A stretch of DNA of 55,995 nucleotides from Patescibacteria group bacterium (GCA_018818885.1 JAHIRB010000035.1:1-55995), one strand, 5' to 3'; numbered from the stretch's first letter, positions 37,301 to 46,555 are shown. The notes: generated by a model not told the origin, from the sequence alone. Translations and numbers: made by a program.

Positions 37301-37525
37301 TACTTCTGATACAAAATGATAATTAACTGGCAAAAAGTAAATTTTGTCTGCTAAATGCTCAGAAGTTTGGATTGTTGCAATATTTGGGTTTACTAAAACA
37401 ACTTTGATTTTTTCTTCTTTCAAAGCTTTAATGGCTTGGGAGCCAGAATAATCAAACTCGCCAGCTTGGCCAATTTTGAGTGCGCCAGAGCCAAGAATTA
37501 TTACTTTTTTTATTTTTTTAGACAT
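34349..37525 (-). CDS. carB: carbamoyl-phosphate synthase large subunit
   Basis: GQAGEFDYSG, NPNIAT, GGQT, duplicated ATP-grasp domains, C-terminal MGS domain. Confidence 0.97.
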   Translation of the reverse strand: MSKKIKKVIILGSGALKIGQAGEFDYSGSQAIKALKEEKIKVVLVNPNIATIQTSEHLADKIYFLPVNYHFVSEVIKKEKPQGIMLAFGGQTALNCGLELARNGVLKKYRVNVLGTPIQTIEDTEDRALFIKKLNQISIKTAKSKAVNNTNAALKFAQKLGYPVMMRAAFALGGKHSGIAKNAKELDEMCNQAFAEVPQVLVEECLLKWKEIEYEVVRDRFDNCITVCNMENFDPMGIHTGESIVVAPSQTLTNHEYHKLRKISIDVIRHLGIVGECNIQYAFDPKSEDYRVIEVNARLSRSSALASKATGYPLAFIAAKLGLGYGLTEIKNSITKATTACFEPALDYLVVKIPRWDLKKFQGAYRVLGSEMKSVGEVMAIGRKFEEALQKAIRMLDIGMYGVVQNNLKFANGVIDEMENPTEQRVFAVAEGIKKGIPISKIYNKTGIDKWFLYKLQNITEIEKKLYKNDLTKDLLLEAKQAGFSDRQIAKIKKVETPEIRQLRKVNKVLPVVKQIDTLAAEYPAKTNYLYMTYNGTEHDLKPSKNSIVTLGSGVYRIGSSVEFDWCAVNATLAANKLGYKTIMINYNPETVSTDYDICDRLYFEEISFERVLDIYEFEKPKGVNVSVGGQIANNLAMELHGAKVKILGTSPLDIDRAENRHKFSALLDKLKVDQPAWKELTSIEEAIKFAEKVNYPVLVRPSYVLSGAAMNIAPNEKSLVTCLKQATLVSPEHPVVISKFIQGAREIEIDGVAQKGELKIYAISEHVENAGIHSGDATMVLPPQKTYLETVRRCKKITRQIISALNITGPFNIQFLAINNEIKVIECNLRASRSFPFVSKVTKYNFIELATKAMLGIDIHGSYNTVDLDYMGVKVPQFSYSRIKGADPVLYVEMGSTGEVAAFGDDLQETLLKAMLGTGFRYPKENVLISLGGEDNKADFLEASNKLKNMGFNIYATVNTSKFLEENGIENKLVYKIKDKIAPNGLDLIKEGKVDFVINIPDGLNREVVSNGYMLRRQAIDYNIPLITNLRLAKLFVDSIFKKELKDLKIKSWDEYN

Positions 37526-37534
37526 AGATTCTAT

Positions 37535-37655
37535 TTGTCATTTCGACCGAAGGCCGGAGTGAAGTCATGCCAGAGGCAGATCCGCCTCTGGCGGAAAATC
37601 TCACATTATTCTTATTGGTAAGTGTGAGATCCCTCGGCTCCGCTCGGGATGACAA
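37535..37655. repeat. TGTCAT...ATGACA element, copy 5, with nested GCCAGAGGC REP
   Basis: TTGTCATTTCGACCG...GCTCGGGATGACAA. Confidence 0.88.
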
Positions 37656-37662
37656 TACGGAT

Positions 37663-38205
37663 TTAATTATTATGCTTCTTTTTTTGCCATTGTTTATACG
37701 TATTTATTGCTTTTAATCCATTAATACTAATTTTTTCTTTGGTGAATGTTTTAACTTTGTCTAAGTCAACCCACTTATAAGCTGTTACTTCATCAGGATC
37801 GATTTTTACTTTACCATCATAGATGCAAGTATATAATGATCTAAAAAATTTATCTTTGTTACTATTAATTTTTATTTTTGTTATAAATTTTAATTTACTA
37901 GTAGGGATTTTGATCCCCATTTCTTCTTGCAGCTCCCTTAAAGCAGCCTGTCTATAAGTTTCTTTAGCATCGACATGCCCACCTATCCTTGTTTCCCATT
38001 GATTTGGCTTAGTATGAAGCCAAGGAGCGCGTTTTTGAAATAATATTTGACCCTTAGAATTAAATACTAGTATTGAAGAAAGTCTATGCCAAAGATAACA
38101 TTTTTTCATACCGTGATAAGTCGCTGTTCCGACGACCTTATCATTCTTGTCGACTATTGTAATAACTGATTCTTTAAATTTTGGTTTTTTCATTTTTTTA
38201 GCCAT
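37663..38205 (-). CDS. NUDIX hydrolase (IDI-like)
   Basis: GGHVDAKETYRQAALRELQEEMGI Nudix box. Confidence 0.9.
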   Translation of the reverse strand: MAKKMKKPKFKESVITIVDKNDKVVGTATYHGMKKCYLWHRLSSILVFNSKGQILFQKRAPWLHTKPNQWETRIGGHVDAKETYRQAALRELQEEMGIKIPTSKLKFITKIKINSNKDKFFRSLYTCIYDGKVKIDPDEVTAYKWVDLDKVKTFTKEKISINGLKAINTYKQWQKKKHNN

Positions 38206-38235
38206 TGTTTATTTCGTAAATAACAGTCTAAAGAC

Positions 38236-38322
38236 TGTCATTCCGGCTGTTAGGTAGTCACAATAAAACGGAATGACACATTTCTTCGCCAGAGGCGAAT
38301 CAGCCTCAGGCTGAAGTGTGTT
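38236..38322. repeat. short TGTCAT hairpin plus CAGCCTCAGGCTG REP
   Basis: TGTCATTCCG/CGGAATGACA; inverted copy of 2088-2125. Confidence 0.8.
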
Positions 38323-38382
38323 ATTTTTTTTCATCATTTTTGTCAATTAGCGCTATAATTAAATCTTTGAATTTTGGTACTT

Positions 38383-39453
38383 TCATCTTTTAATCATCTT
38401 CACAAACTTATCAAACAAATAATCTGTATCAACCGGACCGGGAGTTGCTTCTGGATGGAACTGTACTGACATAAATGGTTTTCTGATATGTTTAATTCCC
38501 TCGTTAGTTTTGTCATTAGCATTTACAAACCATTCTTTAAATCCTGGTGGTAATTTTTTGGCGTTGACTGCATAGCCGTGGTTTTGCGAAGTGATGTAGC
38601 ATCTGTTGGTACCAACTTCTACACATGGTTGATTTTGGCTTCGATGCCCGAATTTCAGTTTATACGTATCACCACCAGCAGCTAGAGCAAGCAGTTGGTT
38701 GCCAAAACAAATTCCAAAGGTAGGAATATTTTTTGCTAATGATTTTTTTATGTTATTGATCGTTACTTCACAAGTTTTAGGATCACCAGGGCCATTAGAA
38801 ATAAAAAGACCATGGTATTTTAATTTAGTAAGATCATAATTCCATGGTACACGAATCACTGTTATATTTCGTTTTTGAAAACTTCTGATGATATTATTTT
38901 TTACACCTACGTCAATCATCACAATTTTAGTTCTACCAGCCTTATAGTTTATTATTCTTTTGCAACTAACTTTATCAGCTAGTATTTCTTTGTTAGGGTC
39001 GTAGAAATCAATCACCTTATCAGCTTGTTCAATTTTGCCTAGCATTACACCCTTACTTCGTAGTTTCATTGTTAATGCTCGCGTATCTATTCCTTCGATA
39101 GCAGGAATTTTGTAGCGCTTAAGCCATTGATCTAATGAAGATTTAGCATTCCAGTGACTGTGCTTTTTTGAATATTCTGATACAATCAATCCTTGGATTT
39201 GAATTTTTTCTGATTCAAAATTAGTGAACATTTTATTTTTTTTGATTTCTTGTGGCACCCCGTAATTTCCAATCAAAGGATAAGTCAAAACTAAAATTTG
39301 TCCAGCATAAGAAGGGTCGGTAAAACTTTCTGGATAGCCAACCATGCCAGTGTTGAACACAATTTCTCCGGCAATAGATTTTTTGGTGCCAAAGCCAAAG
39401 CCTTCGAATTCTGTACCGTCTTCTAGGATTAGTTTTGTTTTTTGGTTGTTCAT
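38383..39453 (-). CDS. carA: carbamoyl-phosphate synthase small subunit
   Basis: GEIVFNTGM, SNGPGDP, GICFGNQ, QNHGY, QFHPE. Confidence 0.97.
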   Translation of the reverse strand: MNNQKTKLILEDGTEFEGFGFGTKKSIAGEIVFNTGMVGYPESFTDPSYAGQILVLTYPLIGNYGVPQEIKKNKMFTNFESEKIQIQGLIVSEYSKKHSHWNAKSSLDQWLKRYKIPAIEGIDTRALTMKLRSKGVMLGKIEQADKVIDFYDPNKEILADKVSCKRIINYKAGRTKIVMIDVGVKNNIIRSFQKRNITVIRVPWNYDLTKLKYHGLFISNGPGDPKTCEVTINNIKKSLAKNIPTFGICFGNQLLALAAGGDTYKLKFGHRSQNQPCVEVGTNRCYITSQNHGYAVNAKKLPPGFKEWFVNANDKTNEGIKHIRKPFMSVQFHPEATPGPVDTDYLFDKFVKMIKR

Positions 39454-39458
39454 AAACT

Positions 39459-39589
39459 TGTCATCTCGACCGATATTTTGTTATTTTATGCGAGTGGAGA
39501 GATCTCATACCATACGATATTGCAGGGTGTGAGATCCCTCGACTCCATTCATCATAATTAAACGTGGAACCATTACGCTCGGGATGACA
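39459..39589. repeat. TGTCAT...ATGACA element, copy 6
   Basis: TGTCATCTCGACCG...GCTCGGGATGACA. Confidence 0.85.
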
Positions 39590-39600
39590 GAAAGAAGAAG

Positions 39601-40401
39601 CTAAAATGCTATTTTTTTACCAGTACTATCTCTATGGTATTTTCCAAGTTCATTAATATTTAGAGCTGTTTTTTTATCAAATACTGGTCCATGTGTACAA
39701 ACACAAACACCAGAATCATCCAAACAGCATTTTCCGCAAATTCCAAAACCACATGACATATATCTTTCCATTGAAATCTGGCAGTCAATATTAATATTAT
39801 TTGCAAAATCTAATACTTTTTTCATCATTATTTCAGGACCACAAGTATAAATACAATCATATTTATTAGTATTGGCTAATTCTTCCAATCGTGTGGTGGC
39901 AAAACCTTTATATCCGCAAGAGCCGTCATCAGTTGATGTGTATAAATTTACACCAATATTATTTAAGCATTTTTGTAATGGAATGTCTGATTTTGACCTT
40001 GCTCCTATTATAAAATCTACGTCAATTCCTTTTTCTTTAGCGACTTGAGCTAAAAATACCACAGAAGGAGTGCCACAACCACCACCAACACAAATTATCT
40101 TTTTATATTTCTTAAGATCATAACCTTTGCCATAAGGGCCTTGGACACTCATTTTGTTTCCCTTTTTTAATTTAAAAAGCTTTGTAGTAAATGGACCTAC
40201 TTTTTTTATTGAAAGTGAAAAATTATTATTTGTTGTACAGGCGATGCTAATCGGTTTAGCATCAATTTCTGGTAACCAGACCATAACAAATTGTCCTGGC
40301 AAAGCATTAAGAGTGCCTTTCAGAGTAAAGGTTTTCATATCGTCAGCTTCATCAGCAATATTTATTATTTCAAATGCTTTTGGTTGTTCTATTTTATTCA
40401 T
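39601..40401 (-). CDS. pyrK: dihydroorotate dehydrogenase electron transfer subunit
   Basis: PGQFVM, GPYG, CGPE.MM, MSCGFGICGKC. Confidence 0.93.
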   Translation of the reverse strand: MNKIEQPKAFEIINIADEADDMKTFTLKGTLNALPGQFVMVWLPEIDAKPISIACTTNNNFSLSIKKVGPFTTKLFKLKKGNKMSVQGPYGKGYDLKKYKKIICVGGGCGTPSVVFLAQVAKEKGIDVDFIIGARSKSDIPLQKCLNNIGVNLYTSTDDGSCGYKGFATTRLEELANTNKYDCIYTCGPEIMMKKVLDFANNINIDCQISMERYMSCGFGICGKCCLDDSGVCVCTHGPVFDKKTALNINELGKYHRDSTGKKIAF

Positions 40402-41305
40402 GAGCAATACCAATTATTTCTTTTAAATTTTTGTAATCTTGTTCTTTCATAAATTCTTTGATTTCGTCAGCTACTTTTTTAAATATTTCTGGACCTCGAT
40501 AATAAATTCCCGTTCCAATTCCTACTGCAGTTGCGCCTGCCATCATCATCTCAATAGCATCACGTCCAGTATTAATACCACCTAGGCCTATGATTGGAAT
40601 TTTCACTGCTTTATAAATATCATAGACACATCGAACGGCAATTGGTTTTATGGCTGGGCCTGAAACTCCACCGAATTTGTTAGCCAGTATTGGTTTGCCT
40701 GTTTCGATATTTATAATCATACCTGGACCAGCAGTATTTATAGCAGTGATAGCAGCAGCACCTGCTTCTTCTGCGGCTTTGGCAACATCAGCTAATTTTG
40801 GAATATTGGGAGACACTTTCACAAATACTGGTAATTTTGTATTTTTAACCACAGCCTTTGTAATATCACTTGTGGCCTTTGGGGTACCTTGGCCTGCCAA
40901 AGTTCCAAAGCCGGGTGTGTGAGGACAAGAAAGGGGAATCTCTACAGCAGCAAATTCATCAGTTAAAAATCTTTTTGCCATATATGCAAAATCATCAGCT
41001 GTTGAACCGATAATACTTGCGATAACTGGTGCTCCAACATCTTTTAAATCTACAAATTCTTTTTTAGCTTCCTCAATACCAGGGTTAGAATAGCCAACTG
41101 CGTTCATCATACCTGCTTCAAACGTCGTTATAATGGGATTAGGATGTCCTTTTCTCGGTTCCTTGCTAATGGATTTCATTGTTACCGCTCCTGCACCATT
41201 TTTAGCGATATTTTTTAATGACGATTTAGTTACACCCAAAATACCCGACGCGAGGATTGTCGGGTTGTCTATTTTTATTCCGCAAAGGTTTGTTGATAGA
41301 TTCAT
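40394..41305 (-). CDS. pyrD: dihydroorotate dehydrogenase class 1B catalytic subunit
   Basis: NPTILASG, SCPH, VKVSPN, INT, GGVSGPAIKP. Confidence 0.95.
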   Translation of the reverse strand: MNLSTNLCGIKIDNPTILASGILGVTKSSLKNIAKNGAGAVTMKSISKEPRKGHPNPIITTFEAGMMNAVGYSNPGIEEAKKEFVDLKDVGAPVIASIIGSTADDFAYMAKRFLTDEFAAVEIPLSCPHTPGFGTLAGQGTPKATSDITKAVVKNTKLPVFVKVSPNIPKLADVAKAAEEAGAAAITAINTAGPGMIINIETGKPILANKFGGVSGPAIKPIAVRCVYDIYKAVKIPIIGLGGINTGRDAIEMMMAGATAVGIGTGIYYRGPEIFKKVADEIKEFMKEQDYKNLKEIIGIAHE

Positions 41306-41317
41306 AAGTTTGCTCTG

Positions 41318-41440
41318 TTTGTCATTTCGACCGAAGTGGAGAAATCTCACCCCATACTTATTGGTAGATGTGAGATCTCCGCCAGAGGCGGACCAGCCTC
41401 TGGCTGGCCTCGGTCTAAATTGTTCGCTCGGGATGACAAA
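41318..41440. repeat. TGTCAT...ATGACA element, copy 7
   Basis: 3' half nearly identical to copy 1. Confidence 0.9.
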
Positions 41441-41444
41441 TAGA

Positions 41445-42365
41445 CTATTTTATAGCTCCCAAAATCAAACTCAAAATTGCTTGTCTCACATAAAGTCCGT
41501 TCTGAGCTTGCTCGAAATAGTTGGCATAAGGAGTATCATCAAATTCAGTTGGTAGTTCGTTTACACGTGGGAGGGGATGCATAATTTTTAAATTCTTTTT
41601 TACGTTAATAAAATCTTTAAGATTTAATATGTACTTATTTTTTACTTTGTTATAGTCACTCATAGATTTAAAGCGTTCTTTTTGTACCCGCGTGCTATAC
41701 AATATGTCAAGCTTGTTTAATACGTCAGAAAGTTTTGTGATTTCGGAAAATTTTGCTTTATGCTTTTTAAGTTCAGTTTTTACCCAGGCAGGCATTTTAA
41801 GTTGGCTAGGGGAGATAAAATAAAGATTTGCGCCAAACATTGCTAAGGCAATAGAAAGTGAATGAACAGTTCTGCCATATTTTAAGTCACCTATCAGCGC
41901 AACATTAAGTCCATTTATTTTTTTGTGAGATTCTAAGATTGTATAAATATCCATTATCATTTGTGTTGGATGCTGGTTAGACCCATCACCAGCGTTGATA
42001 ATTGGAATATTAGCAATTTTTGAGGCGCGTTTTGCGGCGCCATTATCTGGATGTCTAATTACTATGCAATCGCTATAGCCGTTTATTACTTTGATGGTGT
42101 CTTCAAAACTTTCACCTTTTTTTAGTGAAGTTGATTCAGTCCCAGAAAAGCCTATAGTTTCTGCACCAAGTTTTTTAGCAGCAGTTTCAAAAGAAAATCT
42201 TGTGCGAGAAGATGGCTCAAAAAATAGGTTTGCGATTACTTTACCATATAATAGCTTAGAAGATTTTTTATTTGCAAATCGTTTTGCTGTATTAACAATT
42301 TTTAAGATATCAGATTTTGTTAAATCTTGTGTATAGATTATGTTTTTGTTTTTTAGGTTTGTCAT
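41445..42365 (-). CDS. pyrB: aspartate carbamoyltransferase catalytic subunit
   Basis: FFEPSSRTRFSF, NAGDGSNQHPTQ, GRTVHSL, MHPLPR. Confidence 0.97.
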   Translation of the reverse strand: MTNLKNKNIIYTQDLTKSDILKIVNTAKRFANKKSSKLLYGKVIANLFFEPSSRTRFSFETAAKKLGAETIGFSGTESTSLKKGESFEDTIKVINGYSDCIVIRHPDNGAAKRASKIANIPIINAGDGSNQHPTQMIMDIYTILESHKKINGLNVALIGDLKYGRTVHSLSIALAMFGANLYFISPSQLKMPAWVKTELKKHKAKFSEITKLSDVLNKLDILYSTRVQKERFKSMSDYNKVKNKYILNLKDFINVKKNLKIMHPLPRVNELPTEFDDTPYANYFEQAQNGLYVRQAILSLILGAIK

Positions 42366-42388
42366 ATATTGATTGAATGGCTGATTGG

Positions 42389-43231
42389 TTAATAAGTATA
42401 TCTAAGACACCATTCTTTAGTCCACTCACGTTTATTCGGTTCATCAACTAAAATTATTTCATCACAAAATTGTGTATTATTAGTTAAGCTTACCATATTT
42501 GTGATGCAACTGTTATGTAAGTTTACGGTATTGATCCTACGACATGCATCAATATTTTCTTCTTTTAACATTTTGACCATATAATGATAACAATTATTTT
42601 TGTCTTTTGCTTTCTCGCAAATATCTAGATTGTTATTTTTTACTGCCTTTTGTGCTAAGCAACCATGGAAAGCATTAAAACCGCATGTCATTACTGAAAG
42701 AAAAGTCATAAAAATAATTATTAACGCTACGGATAATGCAAAACCAAATATAAATGTAGAAAGTTTCTTTTTATCTTTTAATATATAGTAGATGATAGAA
42801 GGCACTATAGAGCACGTTATTACTGCAATAGGAGTAATCCATAAAGCGTGTATTTCTGTTAAGGGGATAATAAGAATGCATTCACCATGTGCTCCACATA
42901 TAATGTAATAAATTATCGAGAAAGCATTGGCTAAAAAATATAGTATGAATCCAAACTTTAAATTAAATCTAATTAACCATTTAACATTATAGTTTTTTTC
43001 ATTAATTCTTTTGTCAGTAAAATATAAAGCGGTTAAATATATAAACACGATTACTATACTAGCGACTAAGAAAGCTAATAATTCCCAAAATAGATCAGAT
43101 TTTATGTAGTCTTTTGAAAATAAATTTTCTACTAAAAAATTATTTGTATAAGATTTATTATTCATATACAAAGGAATACTTAGTGAAAAAATAAATAAAA
43201 CCAAACCACTTTTCCATTTTATTTTATTCAT
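42389..43231 (-). CDS. multi-TM protein with C-terminal Cys repeats
   Basis: hydrophobic N-terminus; periodic C...C repeats. Confidence 0.7.
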   Translation of the reverse strand: MNKIKWKSGLVLFIFSLSIPLYMNNKSYTNNFLVENLFSKDYIKSDLFWELLAFLVASIVIVFIYLTALYFTDKRINEKNYNVKWLIRFNLKFGFILYFLANAFSIIYYIICGAHGECILIIPLTEIHALWITPIAVITCSIVPSIIYYILKDKKKLSTFIFGFALSVALIIIFMTFLSVMTCGFNAFHGCLAQKAVKNNNLDICEKAKDKNNCYHYMVKMLKEENIDACRRINTVNLHNSCITNMVSLTNNTQFCDEIILVDEPNKREWTKEWCLRYTY

Positions 43232-43263
43232 ATGTTTTTGTTCTTTAATTTCGACATGTCTTG

Positions 43264-43564
43264 TTTACCCAGCACCTTTTAGGTGTTGGTATTTAATTTT
43301 AATCTTCTTTTAAGTTGAGCATATACTTTTCCATGATATTTTAAGTTTTTTTCTCTTTGCGCAGCGTCTTGCCTAGTTAAATAACCTTCAACATATACAT
43401 AAGTCCATGGTTTGTAACGATTAGTGTGTTTTGATTGACCAGAATTATGCTCTTTAAGTCTTTTAGGTAAATTATTGGCCATGCCAACATATAGTTGATT
43501 GTATTTCTTACTTTTTATTATATAAATCCAATACATATTGTTTATTCAAAAGGTGCTGGGTAAA
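43264..43564. mobile_element. 301-bp element: GIY-YIG gene between perfect 17-bp terminal inverted repeats
   Basis: TTTACCCAGCACCTTTT (43264-43280) / AAAAGGTGCTGGGTAAA (43548-43564). Confidence 0.65.
43279..43536 (-). CDS. GIY-YIG nuclease family protein
   Basis: YIIKS..Y..LYVG...NL..RLKEHN; REK.LK. Confidence 0.9.
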   Translation of the reverse strand: MYWIYIIKSKKYNQLYVGMANNLPKRLKEHNSGQSKHTNRYKPWTYVYVEGYLTRQDAAQREKNLKYHGKVYAQLKRRLKLNTNT

Positions 43565-43702
43565 AAAAATTACCCCTTTCGGGGCAAAAATTGTTAGTAA
43601 ATATTAAAAAAGACGCAAAGGTCAATGTGTATCATTTGTGGATAATTATTTCTTCTCATTCCGAAATTAATTATATCGAAAATATAGAATCTAGTCAACA
43701 GA

Positions 43703-45247
43703 TTATTTTAGTTCTTTTTCTAATAAATTTTTAAGCATCTGTGGATTAGCTTTGCCTTTTGTTTCCTTCATAGCTTGGCCAATTAAAAATTGTATGACAG
43801 TAGTTTTTCCAGCTTTGTATTGCTCTGCTTGGTCTGGATTATTTTTGATAATTTTTTTAACTACATCTTCTAACTCTGAAAAATCTTCGATTTGAGTTAG
43901 GTCTTGTTCATCCATTATATTAGAAGGGTCTTTGCCAGTGTCGTACATAATTTCAAGAAGTTTTGTGGCAGTTGATTGATTTACTTTTCCAGCGTAGACA
44001 ATAGTAATAAATTCTGCAAAATTTTCTGGTGTGATTTTGCAGTCAACAATTTTAGCGTTGTCATTATGAAGATGAAACAGTAATCGGTTGATTAACCATT
44101 TGGAAACTAGTTTAGAAATTTTGCCCTTGTATTTATCCCAGATTTCTTCTGGCGTGCCTTCCATTTCGCCAGTAGTAGCTAGCCATGATGTTAATTCAGA
44201 AATAACTTTTTCAGTATAAGCAGCTAGGTTTTTATCTTCGGTAAGAATTTTAGCTTCTTCTGGCTTTAGTTCAAATTCTTCAACAAAGCGTTCACGTTTG
44301 TCTTGTGGCAGTTCTGGCAGTTCACGTTTTATTTTTTCTACATCAATGGGGGAATCTTTTTGATAAAAATGAATTGGCGGAATGTCGGGTTCTGGGAAAT
44401 ATCGATAGTCATGCGCTTCTTCTTTTGTACGCTGTTGTTCTGTCACTCCTTTAGTCTCGTTCCAACCACGAGTAGATGGTTCAGTTGGTAGTTCTCCAGT
44501 TTCAAATAGTTTAGTCTGTCGTTTGATTTCGAATTCTATAGCACGCTTAACAGCATTGAATGAATTGATATTTTTAATTTCTGTTTTAGGATTAAGATGC
44601 TCATAATTAAGTTTCCCTGGCTTCCTTTCAGCCATTGAAATATTTGCATCGCATCGTAGATGACCTTTTTCCATGTCAGCATCAGAAACATTTAAATACC
44701 TCATAATCAATCGAAGTTCCTGCATAAAGGTTTTGGCTTCTTCTGCTGATCTTATGTCTGGTTCAGTTACAATTTCCATCAAGGGTGTGCAAGCACGATT
44801 AAAATCAACAAAAGTATAATTACCATCTTGAGAATGGAAATTTTTTGCTGCATCTTCTTCTAAGTGCAAACGAGTAATGTCAATCCGTCTCTTACCTTTA
44901 ACTGCATCTGGTTGATCGGATTTAATAGTGATATGCCCTTTAATGCCAATAGGTTGGTCAAACTGAGAAATCTGATAGCCTTTGGGCAAGTCAGGATAAA
45001 AATAGTGTTTTCTATCAAACTTGGTTATTTCCGGAATCTGACACTTTAATGCTTGGGCAGCTTTGACAGACCATTCAATTGCTTGTTTGTTGGCTACTGG
45101 TAACACTCCTGGATTACCCATGCAAATTGGACAAACCGTTGTGTTAGGTGGTTTGTTTTCGCCCGTATTATCGCAACTACAAAACATCTTAGATTTTGTC
45201 TTTAGTTGTACGTGGATTTCTAATCCGATGATTGGTTGTAGTTTCAT
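43703..45247 (-). CDS. gatB: Asp-tRNA(Asn)/Glu-tRNA(Gln) amidotransferase subunit B
   Basis: IGLEIHVQL, FDRKHYFYPDLPKGYQISQ, RCDANIS, YRYFPEPD. Confidence 0.97.
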   Translation of the reverse strand: MKLQPIIGLEIHVQLKTKSKMFCSCDNTGENKPPNTTVCPICMGNPGVLPVANKQAIEWSVKAAQALKCQIPEITKFDRKHYFYPDLPKGYQISQFDQPIGIKGHITIKSDQPDAVKGKRRIDITRLHLEEDAAKNFHSQDGNYTFVDFNRACTPLMEIVTEPDIRSAEEAKTFMQELRLIMRYLNVSDADMEKGHLRCDANISMAERKPGKLNYEHLNPKTEIKNINSFNAVKRAIEFEIKRQTKLFETGELPTEPSTRGWNETKGVTEQQRTKEEAHDYRYFPEPDIPPIHFYQKDSPIDVEKIKRELPELPQDKRERFVEEFELKPEEAKILTEDKNLAAYTEKVISELTSWLATTGEMEGTPEEIWDKYKGKISKLVSKWLINRLLFHLHNDNAKIVDCKITPENFAEFITIVYAGKVNQSTATKLLEIMYDTGKDPSNIMDEQDLTQIEDFSELEDVVKKIIKNNPDQAEQYKAGKTTVIQFLIGQAMKETKGKANPQMLKNLLEKELK

Positions 45248-45249
45248 AA

Positions 45250-45328
45250 TACTAATTACGAATTAATACGAATATACAAATAACGAATACAGAACTAATA
45301 TTGGTATGGATTTGTAATTCGTAATTCA
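45250..45328. repeat. 7-nt-periodic inverted repeat hairpin
   Basis: TACGAAT-like units followed by ATTTGTA/ATTCGTA. Confidence 0.65.
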
Positions 45329-45345
45329 TCTTAGCAAACTTTATG

Positions 45346-45385
45346 CAAAAAGAAAAGACCCCCGCTACCGTGTGGCGCGGGGGCC
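45346..45385 (-). terminator. intrinsic terminator
   Basis: CCCCCGC...GCGGGGG followed by a T-tract on the minus strand. Confidence 0.7.
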
Positions 45386-45407
45386 GAAAGATAAGTCGCT
45401 TATGCGA

Positions 45408-45776
45408 CTACCGGTTTGCTTTTTTTCTGGCGCGTCTTTTTCTTTTTTTGGAATTTCTTGCCCGCCGGTGTGATCTTAGGATGCTCTGTTCAGAGCGTGG
45501 CATGGTGGATTTTTCTGGTGCCAGCTTTCTCTCTCTGATTCTTTTCACAATTTTTGACAGAAATTCTGCATCGTCAGGTTCTTCTGGGTCGGCAATCAGG
45601 ATGGAAAGTGAGGTTGGTACCTCATCTACAAGGTTGATGCCGTTAACAGGTTCGTTGACTGAGGTAATATCCAAATCGAAATTGGATTGGTCGGGTAGAG
45701 CCATGGTTCTCCATGGCATGTCTTCGCTTTTTCCGAAAATCATCTTTTTCAAACGTTTTAAAGTTGCTGTTATCAT
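45408..45776 (-). CDS. hypothetical protein with very basic C-terminus
   Basis: AAGGAGG SD, own terminator. Confidence 0.7.
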   Translation of the reverse strand: MITATLKRLKKMIFGKSEDMPWRTMALPDQSNFDLDITSVNEPVNGINLVDEVPTSLSILIADPEEPDDAEFLSKIVKRIRERKLAPEKSTMPRSEQSILRSHRRARNSKKRKRRARKKANR

Positions 45777-45806
45777 GATGCATCCTCCTTATATCAACCA
45801 ATGTGG

Positions 45807-46403
45807 TTATAATGACACGTCAGAAGAGATATGTTGCCATATCTGCTCTGATATGTCATCAATAGACTGGTTGGCATCAATAATTTTCCAGTTGTATTTT
45901 TGTGCAAGAAATTTAAGGTTGTTGCGGCACTTTTTCATCAGGTCGTCACGGGTTTCGTGGATATGATTTTCTTCGCGGCTTTCAGTAAAAGGTTTGCCGT
46001 CTAGAAGTATTGAAATATCCTCTTTTATCAAGTTTTTATTTTGACTTTCGAGTATAGCAAGGTCTGCTCCTTTTGTCAAGCCCCAGGCAATTCCAGTGCC
46101 AATATAGTCTTCTGCTACAACTGTTTTGCCATTTTCTAGCATATCTTTTAGCTGTGGCTCAAAGTCAGTTCTGTTTTGTGTGTAGAGTTTTTGAAGTTCA
46201 ATTTCGTCCATTGTTTGAATTTTGCCAGAGCGTAAAATCTCGTTTATATTTGGGCCGGTTGGCTTTAGATTATAAATAGGATACTTAAGATATACAACGT
46301 CCATATTTGCTTTTTTGAATCTTTCCACTAATAATTTAGCCTGGGTTGATTTTCCCAGGTTGTTGGTGCCGTAGATTACAATAAAATTGCCCTTTGTTTT
46401 CAT
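45807..46403 (-). CDS. tmk: thymidylate kinase
   Basis: G...LGKSTQ P-loop, KYP, DYIGTGIAWG; adjacent to the thyX-like gene. Confidence 0.8.
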   Translation of the reverse strand: MKTKGNFIVIYGTNNLGKSTQAKLLVERFKKANMDVVYLKYPIYNLKPTGPNINEILRSGKIQTMDEIELQKLYTQNRTDFEPQLKDMLENGKTVVAEDYIGTGIAWGLTKGADLAILESQNKNLIKEDISILLDGKPFTESREENHIHETRDDLMKKCRNNLKFLAQKYNWKIIDANQSIDDISEQIWQHISSDVSL

Positions 46404-46409
46404 ATAAAA

Positions 46410-46550
46410 ACCAAATAACAAAACAATAATCAATAATCAATTTCCAATAATCAAACAATCATCAATATACAATTATTAATGTTTAAAACATATTTTTGAA
46501 TTTGTAAATTGGAATTTGTTTGGGATTTGGTTATTGGTGCTTGTGATTTA
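46410..46550. repeat. 7-nt-periodic inverted repeat hairpin
   Basis: CAATAAT-like units followed by ATTTGG/ATTGG units. Confidence 0.7.
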
Positions 46551-46555
46551 TATCA

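Noticed and set aside
3112-44491. Numerous 60-140 aa ORFs antisense to or nested in pheT, dnaE, thrS, carB, gatB and others
   Set aside because: They lie fully inside confidently identified genes, with no motifs or initiation signals.
45343-45966. 207-aa plus-strand ORF
   Set aside because: It overlaps 45408-45776 (which has an SD and terminator) and tmk on the opposite strand.
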